Origin: Podarcis vaucheri | Taxonomy: Eukaryota | DNA length: 64,000 nucleotides | Assembly (NCBI GenBank): GCA_965113315.1 | Contig: OZ220373.1 | Reading direction: 5' to 3' (one strand) | Part shown: positions 51,437 through 63,651 of the stretch, piece after piece | How the letters are laid out: each line of letters begins with the position of its first letter | How positions within the stretch are numbered: position 1 is the first letter of the stretch | Made by a program: the position numbers and the translations under genes | The notes under the pieces: model-generated | The model's input: the letters and a program-made list of their open reading frames with translations, nothing else | What the model was told of the DNA's origin: nothing | Databases searched by the model: none

Positions 51437-53417
51437 TAATGGCACACGATTATTTCATTTCAATTTTTTGCATTTATATCCAAGCACAGAGTGCTGTCCA
51501 TGATTCTCCACCTGCTCATTTAATTCGCAAGAGCCAGCGATGGCCACCAACTTGGAAGGCTTTAAAAGAGGGTTGGGCAAATTCATGGTGGATAAGACAA
51601 TCAGTGGCTACTAACTCCAACAGCAGTTCTGCCTCTGCTGTTGGAGACAGTATGCTTCTGAATACCAGTTGCTAGAAACTGCAGGAGGGGACATGCTTAA
51701 CCTCTCTGTAAGGTTTTCATGTTTGCCTTTTGGGGGAGAGGGAGTCTATTAACCTTCACCCACACTACTGTGTAGTAGCATTTCCAGAGAATAAATTCTA
51801 GGGGCTACCTGATCTCAGATGAACCCACAAAAGGAAACCTGTATCTGTTTGCTAGGGGGAAATGAGGAGTAAACTATATGGAGCTTCCAAGGATTAGAAA
51901 GTAAGTCAGAAGCAGGAAAAGTGCACTAAAGTGGGAGGGAAAATAGCAGCCCTTTAGGACTCCAGGGATTTCTTTTGTCTGGTATCCAAACAACTCAGGT
52001 ATAAACCATAGAGCTGATTTCACTCATTGGCTAAAACCACTGATAGGCAAGAGCAGCCAGACTGCCTTATTTCATAGAAATTATTTAGAAAGGAACCTGC
52101 ACATTTTGCTTTATAACTTTCTCAGAGGGCTGGAGACTTATGTCACATCCACACCAAGCACATTCAATTCACATTTAAAGCACACAACTTCTCCCATAGA
52201 ATTCCAGGAACTGCAATTTATCCATGCTGGGAATTGCAACCCTGTGAGGGGTAAAGTACAGTTCCCCAGGTTTTCTTTTGGAGAGAAGCCATGTGCTTTA
52301 AATGTTATGCTATGAATGTGACCTTACTTTTTGAAAAAAATGAAAGGTCAGAGTCTGGTGCCCCTGCTCGGGGTTGCCAATGATGACTTCTGCTCTACAT
52401 AGTCCAAAAATGTGTGGATAGGGGCTGCACATTGTGACTCGTCCTCAGTATTCCTAGCCTCACTAGTTCCACCCTCAAATCTTTGTGCCTTGGGCAGAAG
52501 ATCTGAAAGGAGAACCTATTAGCATTCAACCAAATGCATGCTAAGCTTTTCCACCTTGCAATCAGGTTTCCCAGGCACATAGGAAAGTGTTTGCATATTC
52601 AGACACACACTGGTTATTGAGCCAGACCTTCCGCCCAAAGAATGAATGTCTGACAGTGCGCTGGGCCCTGTTTCCCTCTCTGTGGATTTTTTGAACAGGT
52701 GGAAAGCAAGTTTGTACTCCTGTCCAGGACTACATATAGGCTGCTTTTTTTTTTTTTTTTTTGCTGCTGAAGTGCCATTGATGGTATCTCAAACAGGATT
52801 CCCACCCTCATTTTCCAAACAATCACCAGGCTGAATTGGCCCTTTGTCACTTCTAATACTGGCTCCTTTCTCTATTCTCTACTAATGTACTGCTTCATAG
52901 GTTCCAGTTAGTGTGAAGCACAGCAATGAAGGCATTAAATCAGATCAAGCCTTCACTTAACCCCCCCCCCCAATTCCTCTCAGCTGCTGACAGCTGAGCA
53001 ACACATTGATTTTGAGGCTTCTCCTCTTGGTGGTGCCTGAGGTTCAGCAGATGCTACACAGCTTGTTATTTTAACTAAAGAGAATTTCTGGGTCCAGAGG
53101 CAGTTTCCATCATCCTACAAGGACTCCTCCTGTTCAGTGTGTTTAAATCCAGAGTGACTGGCTTCTTATTTTATGGGTTGAATGCAGTTTGGCTATGTCA
53201 GCGCCTTGTAGGGGAGGGATTTGCCTTTTTCCTTCCTTTGCTGAAACATCATGGGAAAGGTATAGGATTATTAGAGGACTAACTAAACTAACACATACTT
53301 CTGCATTGCTTTTTCCTCTTTTATGTGTTTATACTGGATACTTATTTTTCTTCCTTCATGTGTGTGTGTGTGTGTGTGTGTGTATTTATATATATGGGGT
53401 GTTATGGGCGGGGTAGT

Positions 53418-54571
53418 TAGAATCATAGAATCATAGAGTTGGAAGAGACCACAAGGGCCATCGAGTCCAACCCCCTGCCAAGAAGGAAACACCATCAGAG
53501 CACTCCTGACATATGGTTGTCAAGCCTCTGCTTAAAGACCTCCAAAGTAGGAGACTCCACCACACTCCTTGGCAGCAAATTCCACTGTCGAACAGCTCTT
53601 ACTGTCAGGAAGTTCTTCCTAATGTTTAGGTGCAATCTTCTTTCTTGTAGTTTGGATCCATTGCTCCGTGTCCGCTTCTCTGGAGCAGTAGAAAACAACC
53701 TTTCTCCCTCCTCTATGTGACATCCTTTTATATATTTGAACATGGCTATCATATCACCCCTTAACCTCCTCTTCTCCAGGCTAAACATGCCCAGCTCCCT
53801 TAGCCGTTCCTCATAAGGCATCGTTTCCAGGCCTTTGACCATTTTGGTTGCCCTCTTCTGGACACGTTCCAGTTTGTCAGTGTCCTTCTTGAATTGTGGT
53901 GCCCAGAACTGGACACAGTACTCCAGGTGTGGTCTGACCAGAGCAGAATACAGTGGCACTATTACTTCCCTTGATCTAGATGCTATACTCCTATTGATGA
54001 GGCCCAGAATTGCATTGGCTTTTTTAGCTGCCGCATCACACTGTTGGCTCATGTCAAGTTTGTGGTCAACCAAGACTCCTAGATCCTTTTCACATGTACT
54101 GCTCTCAAGCCAGGTGTCACCCATCTTGTATTTGTGCCTCTCATTTTTTTTGCCCAAGTGCAATACTTTACATTTCTCCCTGTTAAAATTCATCTTGTTT
54201 GTTTTTGCCCAGTTCTCTAATCTGTCAAGGTCGTTTTGAAGTGTGATCCTGTCCTCTGGGGTGTTAGCCACCCCTCCCAGTTTGGTGTCATCTGCAAATT
54301 TGATCAGGATGCCCTTGAGTCCATCATCCAAGTCGTTGATAAAGATGTTGAATAAGACCGGGCCCAAGACAGAACCCTGTGGCACCCCACTAGTCACTCT
54401 TCTCCAGGATGAAGAGGAACCATTGATGAGCACCCTTTGGGTTCGGTCAGTCAGCCAGTTACAAATCCACTGAGTGGTAGCATAGTCAAGACCGCATTTT
54501 ACCAGCTTCTTTACAAGAATATCATGGGGCACCTTGTCAAATGCTTTGCTGAAATCAAGGTAGGCTACATC
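53418..54571 (-). mobile_element. Young 5'-truncated CR1 LINE with open RT/ORF2 C-terminal frame
   Basis: [21 protein letters not shown] and KFADD RT motifs, uninterrupted to the native stop at 53495. (ATTCTATG)n tail. Possible short TSD tagt. Confidence 0.96.
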
Positions 54572-54575
54572 TAGT

Positions 54576-55220
54576 GGGGGACACATCATCCTCTGTCTTT
54601 GTTCCTCCCCCTGCACTCACCTCTCACCTGTGGCTCCTAGAAGCTGTCAAGAGGAAACAACTTTGATTGGCCAGCTAAACCAGGTGACTGTAGCTGATGG
54701 GTCTCAAATCCTCTGGAAGTTAGAACTTTCTCTGTCTACAAAGACAATCTCTGGAGGATTGAGCAAATGAGACTAATAGTGGGTCCACAGTCAAGAAGGC
54801 GGTTTTCTACACGTGTTGTAGAGGGAAATGACGGGCAGATAGAACTCATCAACCTGGAAAGGTATCCCATCTGGGAGAAGGAAAAATGATTCTAAACTTC
54901 TGCCTTGTGGGAGATCTCTGAGAGAATAAAAGGCTAAGGAGTAAACCATACACACATCTGAAGTGGAGTCCCTAAAATGGTTGGGTGGTGCCTTGAATGC
55001 CTGCTTCTGGCAGCTCCTGCAGTCAAGCTGGTGCCAAACATATTGCTCTGCTTTCCTCTGGCCAAGAGGGAAGTTCTGTCATCTGAGCAGCCTAAGACCT
55101 CCATACACACTGTCCAGTCTTGCGCTCCAAAGAGGTCACTTCAGTGCTGCAAACACAGTGGTTTGGCATCACCCCTGGAGGCACACTCCATTGTCTCTTG
55201 AGAAGGATGGATGGCAACAC
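54576..55220 (+). mobile_element. RTE-derived non-autonomous (internally deleted, bipartite) element
   Basis: ctcacctctcacctgtggctcc...gctaaaccaggtga...gggtctcaaa and ggagaaggaaaa RTE 5'UTR-like motifs joined to a short 3' end ...ggatggcaac. No ORF. Confidence 0.6.
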
Positions 55221-55562
55221 CCCTCCCCAAATATATAGTGCCCACAATATAATTTCTTCTTCAATTACCTTTTCCATCCAACTCTAAAAGTCTTTGTAAA
55301 CTGGACAGATTAAAAGCATCGCCCATCACTTAATTTTGACAACAAATGGATTATGAATCAGTTTGGAAAGAAAATACTGAACCCTGGATTTCACTCTGAG
55401 TCAGGGAATGCTAGTTAGAATAAGGCCATGTACACACCATATTTTTAAAAGAATATTTAAAGTGTATGACTTCCCTCAAAGAATCAGAGAGCTGTAGTTT
55501 GATAAGTGTGCTGGGAATTGTAGCTCTATGAGGGATAAACTACAGTTTCCAGGATTCTCTGG

Positions 55563-55960
55563 TAAGGATGGAGGAGAAATTTGATTCAGTTAGCATTTAA
55601 AGGTGTGCTTGCTCAATTCACACAAGATGTGAAACTAAATACAACTATCCTTCAATATTTGCACTTACCTGAATTTTGCAATTCAGTTCTCCAGCCAAGA
55701 AACATGCAGAAAATTGTATATACTAGGTTACTAGCGTAAATAATGTACATAAATGTGTGTCAATATAACATACAAAACAACATTATACTGGGGAAATTGG
55801 TTGCAGAAATGTGCATATTAGTCAAAACTGCATTTAACATGCTGATTTCAGGATTTAAAAAAAGAATTTGTAAATTACTGACAAAATGTGGGGAGCTGAA
55901 TTTAAGATTGGAAAAATGAGAAATGCAGGGAACTGAAATGGACAAATGTGTCCATCACTA
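55563..55960. mobile_element. TAGGGATGG-TIR family element
   Basis: taaggatggaggagaaatttgattcagtt ... tgtccatcacta. Confidence 0.7.
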
Positions 55961-55994
55961 TTCTTTGATGGCAGGAACGTGTACACATCTTCAC

Positions 55995-56195
55995 ACTAGG
56001 ATCAGTGAGATTCAGGCTCCAAAACCTCACGTTCCTTCGAAGGTCACTGGGTGAGCTTGGGTCAATCACCATCTCATAGTTACCTGTCAGAGTTGTGGTT
56101 TAAAAATGGGTTGAAAGAAGGAAGACAAATTGTGTATGCAACTCTGAATGTCTTGGAAGAAGGGGAGGATATAAATGCAATAAACAAAACAATAA
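55995..56195 (+). mobile_element. Old tRNA-derived SINE (Squam3/MIR-like), degraded
   Basis: ctgggtgagcttgggtcaatcac core and ggatataaatgcaataaa tail. Confidence 0.55.
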
Positions 56196-57368
56196 AATAC
56201 TACTCTTCTCTGAAATGTCTCATTGCTCATTGTATGTCACTAACAGCTTTCTTAAGATTCATTGCTCCCTAATGAACTTCAGCACATGACTTTATTCTTG
56301 TGATGGCAACAAAGTTATGATTATATTTAAAATGGAGGGATAGAAAGGAATGCATGAATAAATACACTTTGATTACTGGCTACCTTTATTTGTGGGTCAC
56401 TGTTTAAGGTTCAGAATACGCTGGTTTTGATTATCTTGTAGAAAAACAGATTTTTGTCTGTGGACTGAATAATCTTTTAGAACAAAAGTAAACCTCACTG
56501 CAGTTTTTGTCAAAATGGCAATGCAATTAGACTAATGTCCTGGCTGTCACATTTATTTTTCATAAAACGAAACTGCTTTAATGATAGGAACTTCTGCCAC
56601 ATACTTTGAGTTTATACAAATTTAAACCATTCATAAAAAATACTTTCAGTAAATGCTTTAGAATGCCCTTTTAAGTGTAAGTGATTTTTTTGGTATGAAG
56701 ATTAGCATATAATCCCCACAAAATCCAAATCTTCTGAATGAAAATACCAAATGCAGATTCACTTATACTTCTTTTTATGAGGCCCAGAAGGCTTGGGCGC
56801 AACCCCTTATGCTCATTATAGGGCAAACCAATCCCGCTATTAGAGAACAAGAAAGCCTTTGTCTGCTTACAATTTCAAGATGCTAAGCTAGCGTATGCCT
56901 TTTGGAATTTTAAATAAAGGAATGTATAAGTGCCTCAGGACAGATGGTTAATTGTTCATTTTCTACCACTATTTATGCCAAATAAATTAATTAATAAACA
57001 TCTGAGAAGTTTTCTGGGGAAAATTTTGTTTGCTGATGAATATGCTTTTTATTGGACAGAAAACAAATTTAGCTCATTATGGACAGAGATGCTTACAGAA
57101 TTTAATTGTTCTTAATTCTTATAAGGAATGAGCTGGTCCACATATCTATAATATTTGAACTTAGCCATCCACTAATATTTTGGGCATGGAGACACATGAG
57201 AAGGACCACTTAGAATCACCTTTACTTTTGAATTAAGATTGGCTGAGTGGTGCAGAGAACTCATTGGCCAGAGAATGGGAGATTGACAGAAATGTCTTCA
57301 GGAGTATCCAAAATCAGAGAAAAGGATATTTGAGTATTTGAGAAAAGGATATTTGATAGGAGAGAGTA

Positions 57369-57615
57369 CAGTGGTGCCTTGCAAGACGGAATTAATTTGT
57401 TCTGCGAGTCTTTTCGTCTTGCGAAGCATGGTCCGTCGCAACTGCGCCTCTTCAAGCGGCTTTAAGAAAAAAGCGAACAAACTCGCAGGACGTTTTCGTC
57501 TTGCGAAGCAAGCCCATATGGAAATTCGTCTAGGGAAGCAACGCAAAAACCGAAAAATCCTTTCGTCTAGCGAGTTTTTCGTCTTGTGAGGCATTCGTCT
57601 TGCGGGGCACCACTG
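57369..57615. mobile_element. Tigger-like MITE
   Basis: TA TSD. TIR cagtggtgccttgcaagacg / cgtcttgcggggcaccactg. Repeated ttcgtcttgcga. Confidence 0.88.
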
Positions 57616-58534
57616 TATGACTTTTCGATTTTGGAAAAATAAATAATTTTTTGCTTGCAATTCTCCTGGACATGGTTGTGCCATAGTAGACCTAATGCAC
57701 CAACCTCCACTGCTTGCAAGTAAATCTCACTGAATTTGATAGGATGCCCTTCAGAGAAAGCATGCTTAGCATTGTGCTGCAAAAACACTAGCTTTTTGGA
57801 AAGCTTTTTGTGAAATTTTGAGATACAAAGCCCGCTAAGTGGCAATAAATAAAAATAAAGGTTTTTGTAGCAACTGGAAAGTTGAATAATTTATTTCCAG
57901 TGTGTAGTAGAAAAGTGATTTTCACCTTGGCTGATTCAAAAAGAACATGCAAATTTGGTGATGTGGTGATATGTGACATTTAAGTGCTCCAAAGGACATT
58001 AAGGTGCTCAAAGGCCATTTCTTACAGCCTTTCTGTATATTCTGCCTTTCAGATTGCGAAACGTTCTATCCAATGTGCTACTTTACTAAATGAGTGGAAT
58101 TTTTAATATGGAGGAGCATTCAGAAATATGATTCCACCCTATCCACAATCTAAAGTGGTACAGTCTATAATTCTGCCCTTTTGTCTGCAACTTTATACTG
58201 CACAATAATATGCAGTTTGCCTTTTATGTTCATCCTTTGAAATGAACCTTAACCTGTATTGGATCTATGGAACTTCACATTTGTGGTGTGTCACTAAACC
58301 ACATTTTTATTTCTCTTTTCCCACAGCAGCCACGGTGGGAGCAGTGGGGGTGGAGTGAAAGGGACACTTTCTCCCTGGGGCCGTCCCCCCCCCCAGTAGC
58401 AGTGGCAACAGGGGGAGCACGAGATTGGTTTCAAAGCCCACCCCATGTTGAACCTTTCCATCCTGTGCGTCCACAGTGTGATGACATCTTTACAATCTTA
58501 TTATATACTAACCTGCCCTGGGAGATAGTATTGT

Positions 58535-59332
58535 AACAAGTTTACTGGAAAGCCACTTCCAGCCCTAGGGAGGAGGTAGTGTTGCAGGCTTCCTGCCCCC
58601 AACACCTGTGCGGAGGCTGGCTCCCAGCCCCACGCGTACAGGGGGGAATCTTCTGCCACCTCATCCCCTGGCCAGCCTACTGGCTGGCTCAGGGGGTGTG
58701 GCTTGCCGCATTTAAGGCAAGCGTGGCAGAGGAGCTTCCTCTTTGCTGCCGATCAGCTGGGGAATTTCCCACCCACCCTCCCTTTAAGGTTTCTTCTTTG
58801 ATCTTGCTATGGACTTCGGTTGGTCGCCGTTAATGGGCCTGGTAGGAATTTTTCCACTTGGCAAATTGGCACCGGCCATTTGGTTTTTTCGCCTACTTCA
58901 TAGCAAATCGTCACAACTTCCACAGTTTTGGCGGTTAGGCATTGGTCGGGGTATTGTTATGTAGATGAATGTGGGGGAGGAGCGCCATTCCCTCCCCCGG
59001 TTGCGAAGGGTAGTTTGGTAAAGGGCTCCAGGGGGCATGGCCCCGTCCGAAGCCTAGGGGGGGGGGCCAGGGCCCAAGGCACACCCTTGAGCGGTGACCC
59101 CGGGGGAGTGCCTAGTTGATGTGCATCAGCAGGGCTCCCCCTGCTGGTGTTAACCCTTCCTGGCCTCTCAGGCAGACAGCCTGAAGCCGGATAGTTGATT
59201 AGGACCAATACCTAGGCCAATACCGCTCATCACCTGTAACCAATAAAGGTGGCCAATTTTAGCCCATTAACCTTAATTATGGTGTCTCGTGTCTTTATTT
59301 CTTCTGGTGGGAGGCAGGAACTCACCACGCAA
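58535..59332 (+). mobile_element. Terminal-repeat retroelement remnant, copy B (LTR-like; possibly Ngaro/DIRS-type)
   Basis: tttaag + cttcctcttt start motif, ggtaggaatttttccacttggcaaattggc block, caataaaggtggcc, end acgcaa. 5' boundary uncertain (58280-58535). Confidence 0.62.
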
Positions 59333-60893
59333 ATCTTTGAGAGGGCCACAGTTCCTGTGTTGCCAGCAACCTCTCTCAATATGTAGGTTTTTGGACTTTG
59401 CCAAATGTCTCAATAGGATAAGCGCTGACACACACGGAGACAGATAATCCAAGAAAAATCTTTCACTTAACTGTAGAAAATAAACAGGTTGCCATTCACA
59501 CCCTTCCATAGCAAAGGTGTACAGCCTTACAAACACAAAAGCAAAGTAGAAAAGCAGAGATCTTCATCTATGAAGGACCATGCCCTGTCCAAATTGCAGC
59601 AACGCCGGTTTGCCACCACTGCTCAGGGAATGGTGCCAAATAAAAATTGAGTTCTGCTTTTATACTTATTTATCTTGCCTCCTACAACTATTATTTTCTT
59701 ATCTTATAATTATTAATTTCTATGCTAAACCTAGCAAATTAATGTGCTAATAACATCTCCATTCTATCTAATCCCTCAGCTGGCAAATCATCCTCAAGAG
59801 CTTTAGAACTACATCCTGTTTTCTATTATTATAGTTCCCAAAGCTGTGGTGTTTTCTTCTTAACCGCAGAATGTGCTCTTACTTACTCTTTGCACCTGTT
59901 TTCAACTACAAAATGTACTCTCACCACCTTTTTATTTGTACTTCTATATTCTGCTCCAGAAATCCTATCGTTACAGTTAGACAGCACTAAAAAGCCCAAA
60001 CAAAACTTTTAAACAGAAAAAACCTTTTAAACCTAGTCGCCTTTACATTTGCTCTTTAATGCTTAACCAATAGGTAATTTCTTAGGTATGTCAAACATTC
60101 TGAACCAAAGTATATAATACAGAGGTTTAATACTTAAAACAGCTAGAGAAACATCCACAGCCATGAAATATGTTTCCCTATGCCTACACAACTTTATTGC
60201 TCTTATATATTTATATGATAACAAACATTGCCAGAAAATCACTAAACCTAAAAGCCTAACAGGCCTGGTAAACAGCTGGTCTTAAGAAGTCTGAGAAACA
60301 CATAAACAATAGATCTGGTATAGTATGACAGCTGATAGAAGTGACTGAGAAATTAATATTAAGTAATCTGTTTACTATTTCCTGATTTTAAAATTATTTT
60401 GCTCTACCAAATTTAGTAATGACTCAGCAGTAACCAAAGCTTTTGATATACATACTTAATGAGCAAAGAGTTGGTTCCTGTTTCCTTAGCTCAACATCTG
60501 AAGCCTTTGAGAATCTTAACATTATAATTAAATGTGAAACAGCAAGCCCAGTCCTTTATATTCTGACATGTATTCAATGGAGGCTGGTCCACTGGGGCAC
60601 AGCCCTCCCACGGAAAATGTCAAGCACTTAAAAATAATAATAATATTCCTCTTCAAAATCTCAAAGCCACATACTCTTCCCTATGCAACACACATTTTAT
60701 ACTTCCTTGAATTTACAGAAACATTTGTGTCAATCCCCTGTTCTCTGGCCAGTCAGCTCTCTGCATGTCTCAGCCAATACAATATAGCTATCCCATGTGC
60801 CTCTTAGCAGGAAAACCATGTGACATATAGGGCAGCCAGAAAATCAGCCATGGTAGGAAAGCTTTTATTCCACCTGTTGTTATGAGACCTATT

Positions 60894-61098
60894 GGACATG
60901 GGTGGAGCTGTGGTCTAAACCGCTGAGCCTCTTGGGCTTGCTGATCAGAAGGTCAGTGGTTCAAATCCCTGCAATGGGGTGAGCTCCCGTTGCTCAGTCC
61001 CAGCTTCTCCAACCTAGCAGTTCGAAAGCATACCAGTGCAAGTAGATAAATAGGTACCACTGCAGCAGGAAGGTAAACGGCGTTTCCATGCACTCTGG
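60894..61098 (+). mobile_element. Sauria SINE, 5' portion
   Basis: ggtggagctgtggtctaaacc...ggttcaaatccc...gagctcccgttgctc...gcagttcgaaagca. Confidence 0.88.
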
Positions 61099-61815
61099 CA
61101 CTCATCACTGTGCAATAAGTGCTTGTACAAGTCTCATTGTGATGCAAACAGTGAAGTTAACAATTGCATCCATATCAAGTCAAAATGTTTCCAGCCATAA
61201 CTGCATGTATTCTTATTTATTTATTTATTTCATAAAAAATTATATACTGCCTGATTGTAGAAAGAAAACCCTCAAAGGCATTTAACAAAAATATCAAAAT
61301 AACAAAATTACCACTAAAAAATTACAACCGTAATTTTAAACGTGCAGGAGGTTAAAACTTTCTAAATATCTGGGTAGACTCCCCCCTTATTTAGATAATT
61401 CAGTTTTAGCAACATTACTTGTTGGTCAAGGATTTATAATTAATAAAATGAATGGCATGCAGGTTCGTTCAAATACTGAATATTTACCGCAACTTTCTGA
61501 AGTGTATTAATAGTCACTATATGGTGGAATTGAGTAGAATTTACTTAAAATATTGGAAATGTTTACTGAATAACTCAGTGAGATCTTCTCAAGCAGCGTG
61601 GATGCAATGGACAGTATACCTATTAGTGTTTATTTAATGCACTGAGGATATTTAAGGAGTAACTCTGTGCAATCAATTGAAGCAATTCTGAGGCAATGGA
61701 CAATGAGAATATTGAAAAGTAATTTGAAACTAACGATTGGTCACAATGTTTGTTTGGAAGAATATTAGCTATTACACAAAAACAAAAGACTTCCTAGCAG
61801 AGACAAACACTATAT

Positions 61816-61817
<2 letters not shown>

Positions 61818-61862
<45 letters not shown>
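61818..61862. repeat. (TG)n microsatellite
   Basis: Seen directly. Confidence 0.97.
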
Positions 61863-61868
<6 letters not shown>

Positions 61869-62007
61869 CAGGCATCAGAGAACATTATCTCTAAAAGCTA
61901 ATACCCTTTCTATACTTGCATATGTTTGATTGGCTCGTTTAGTTTAACATGTGGAAGATACCTGTAGTAGAGCTATCGGACACGGTGCAGTTCAAAGCAT
62001 AACTTAC

Positions 62008-62070
62008 CTGGGTGAATACAACATTATCTGAAGAGTGCAAGCTGGAATAAAAAGTATATTCAGCCATGCC
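62008..62070 (-). other. Candidate 63-nt internal exon of an unidentified minus-strand transcript
   Basis: Acceptor ttaaccatttttgtccccag|G and consensus donor CAG|gtaagt. Length is a multiple of 3 and two frames are open. No product recognised. Confidence 0.4.
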
Positions 62071-62599
62071 CTGGGGACAAAAATGGTTAACTTCAAATAC
62101 TTCTTGATAATGTAATAGGCTTGATCCTTTCTACAAGAAAATTCCACTGTGGAAGAATATGAAGCAATTTCATACAGTCTTGTTCCTTCCATAAATCATT
62201 GCATTAATTTACCCGAAGGAATGATCCATATATTACTAGAGCCACGTAAGAGTCATTTCTCCGTGTTTCACTTTTATGTAATTGTAGCAGAGTGTCTAAT
62301 AAGAAACCAAGTGGTCGGGGGCAGCACATCCTGTTTCAATGCCTGAGGCAAAACGGGAATGTGCCGCCATGCTGGTCAGTGCCACTGCTGCATCTCCATC
62401 TCCTCTTCCCTTCCTGGGTTATACAGTGGAACTGGCTTCTGGCAAGACCTCGTGGAAATTCCTCAAGATCTCAGGTGCTCTGCAAAACCTCGTGAGATTT
62501 CAGCAAGATTTTGGTGAGATCTTACTGGCACTGCTTCCCTGGCAGTGGTAGGGCAGGTAGGGTACCCAAGGCAGCTGCCTCACAGGTGGGACGGCCCTG

Positions 62600-63385
62600 A
62601 TATTGGTCAGCTGATTATCCTAGGCCCTTCTAATATCAGTGTTGAACCTCCTTGCATGTTAGAAAACAGTTATTTGCCTGACCACATTTGGCTTCACTCT
62701 AAAACTGTCCCTGGAGTAGTGTACATGGATGTAGGAGGATTTTGATGAAAATCGAAACAGGAGATCGTGTCCTCCCTAAAAGAGGACACATGTTGTGGTG
62801 AGACCTGGAGACTGACCCCCAGTGTTGTGGATGGGTTGGATGGTTTAGCCACAACACCCGATAGGTCCCTCGATGCTGGGTTCAATCTGGCCACTGGAGT
62901 GCAGTCTAAATGGATCAAGGGACCTCTATATACCCATGCACGTGACCCAGAGCTTCCTCTTTTGGCTCGTGTATTCGGAACACCCGCCCACCTCTCCCTC
63001 TTCAGGTGATAGGGATGGGAGAGTGGTCGCGCCATCACTATGTGAAGGGTATTCCATTAAAGGAATCCAGGGACTCAACTGGTTTGGTCAACCCCCAAGA
63101 GCGGGTTGTGCCCGTGCCTGAGTCCAGGGGGGCATCTGGGTGGTGAACATAGTCTGTTCCAGGCTTTTCGCCTACCCAGGTGTTCACCCTTGGCTGACCT
63201 ATGCTGGTGCCCTGGGTCAGCGATGCCTGCAAGGGTGCAGGGAGCTAGTTGAACCAGAGCCTATGCAACTACTCACCTTCTGTAATCAATAAAGTTGTGG
63301 CCTAAATTCTGCTAAAAACCAAAACTAAAATTTGAGTCATATGTGAATTTATTTAGGGGGGAGGTCTCTGGGTCTGAATATGCAA
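62600..63385 (+). mobile_element. Terminal-repeat retroelement remnant, copy C
   Basis: tatata + cttcctcttt, aacacccgccc, ttttcgcctacc, caataaagttgtggcc, end atgcaa. 5' boundary approximate. Confidence 0.58.
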
Positions 63386-63651
63386 CAAAAATTACCAATG
63401 TCCACTTATTCACCTACGTCCAGAACAGAAACCAATCCTGAAGATATGATTGGTATCTGCTGTTGTTTTTCCTTTCAGTCCACAAATGATCTGTAATTCA
63501 TTGCATTTTCTCCTTTGCACTGAAGTGAATGGGGTCAATAAAGTAATTACATACATTACATAATTTTGCCACAGTGGAAAGCGAGGCGAATAATTTGGTG
63601 GAAGACAAACTTGCATCCAAAGTGGTGTGAGACGAAAACCACAAGAAAGTA

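Noticed and set aside
53495-54616. 373-aa ORF as a host gene
   Set aside because: It is CR1 ORF2. The first residues come from flanking DNA and the element is 5'-truncated.
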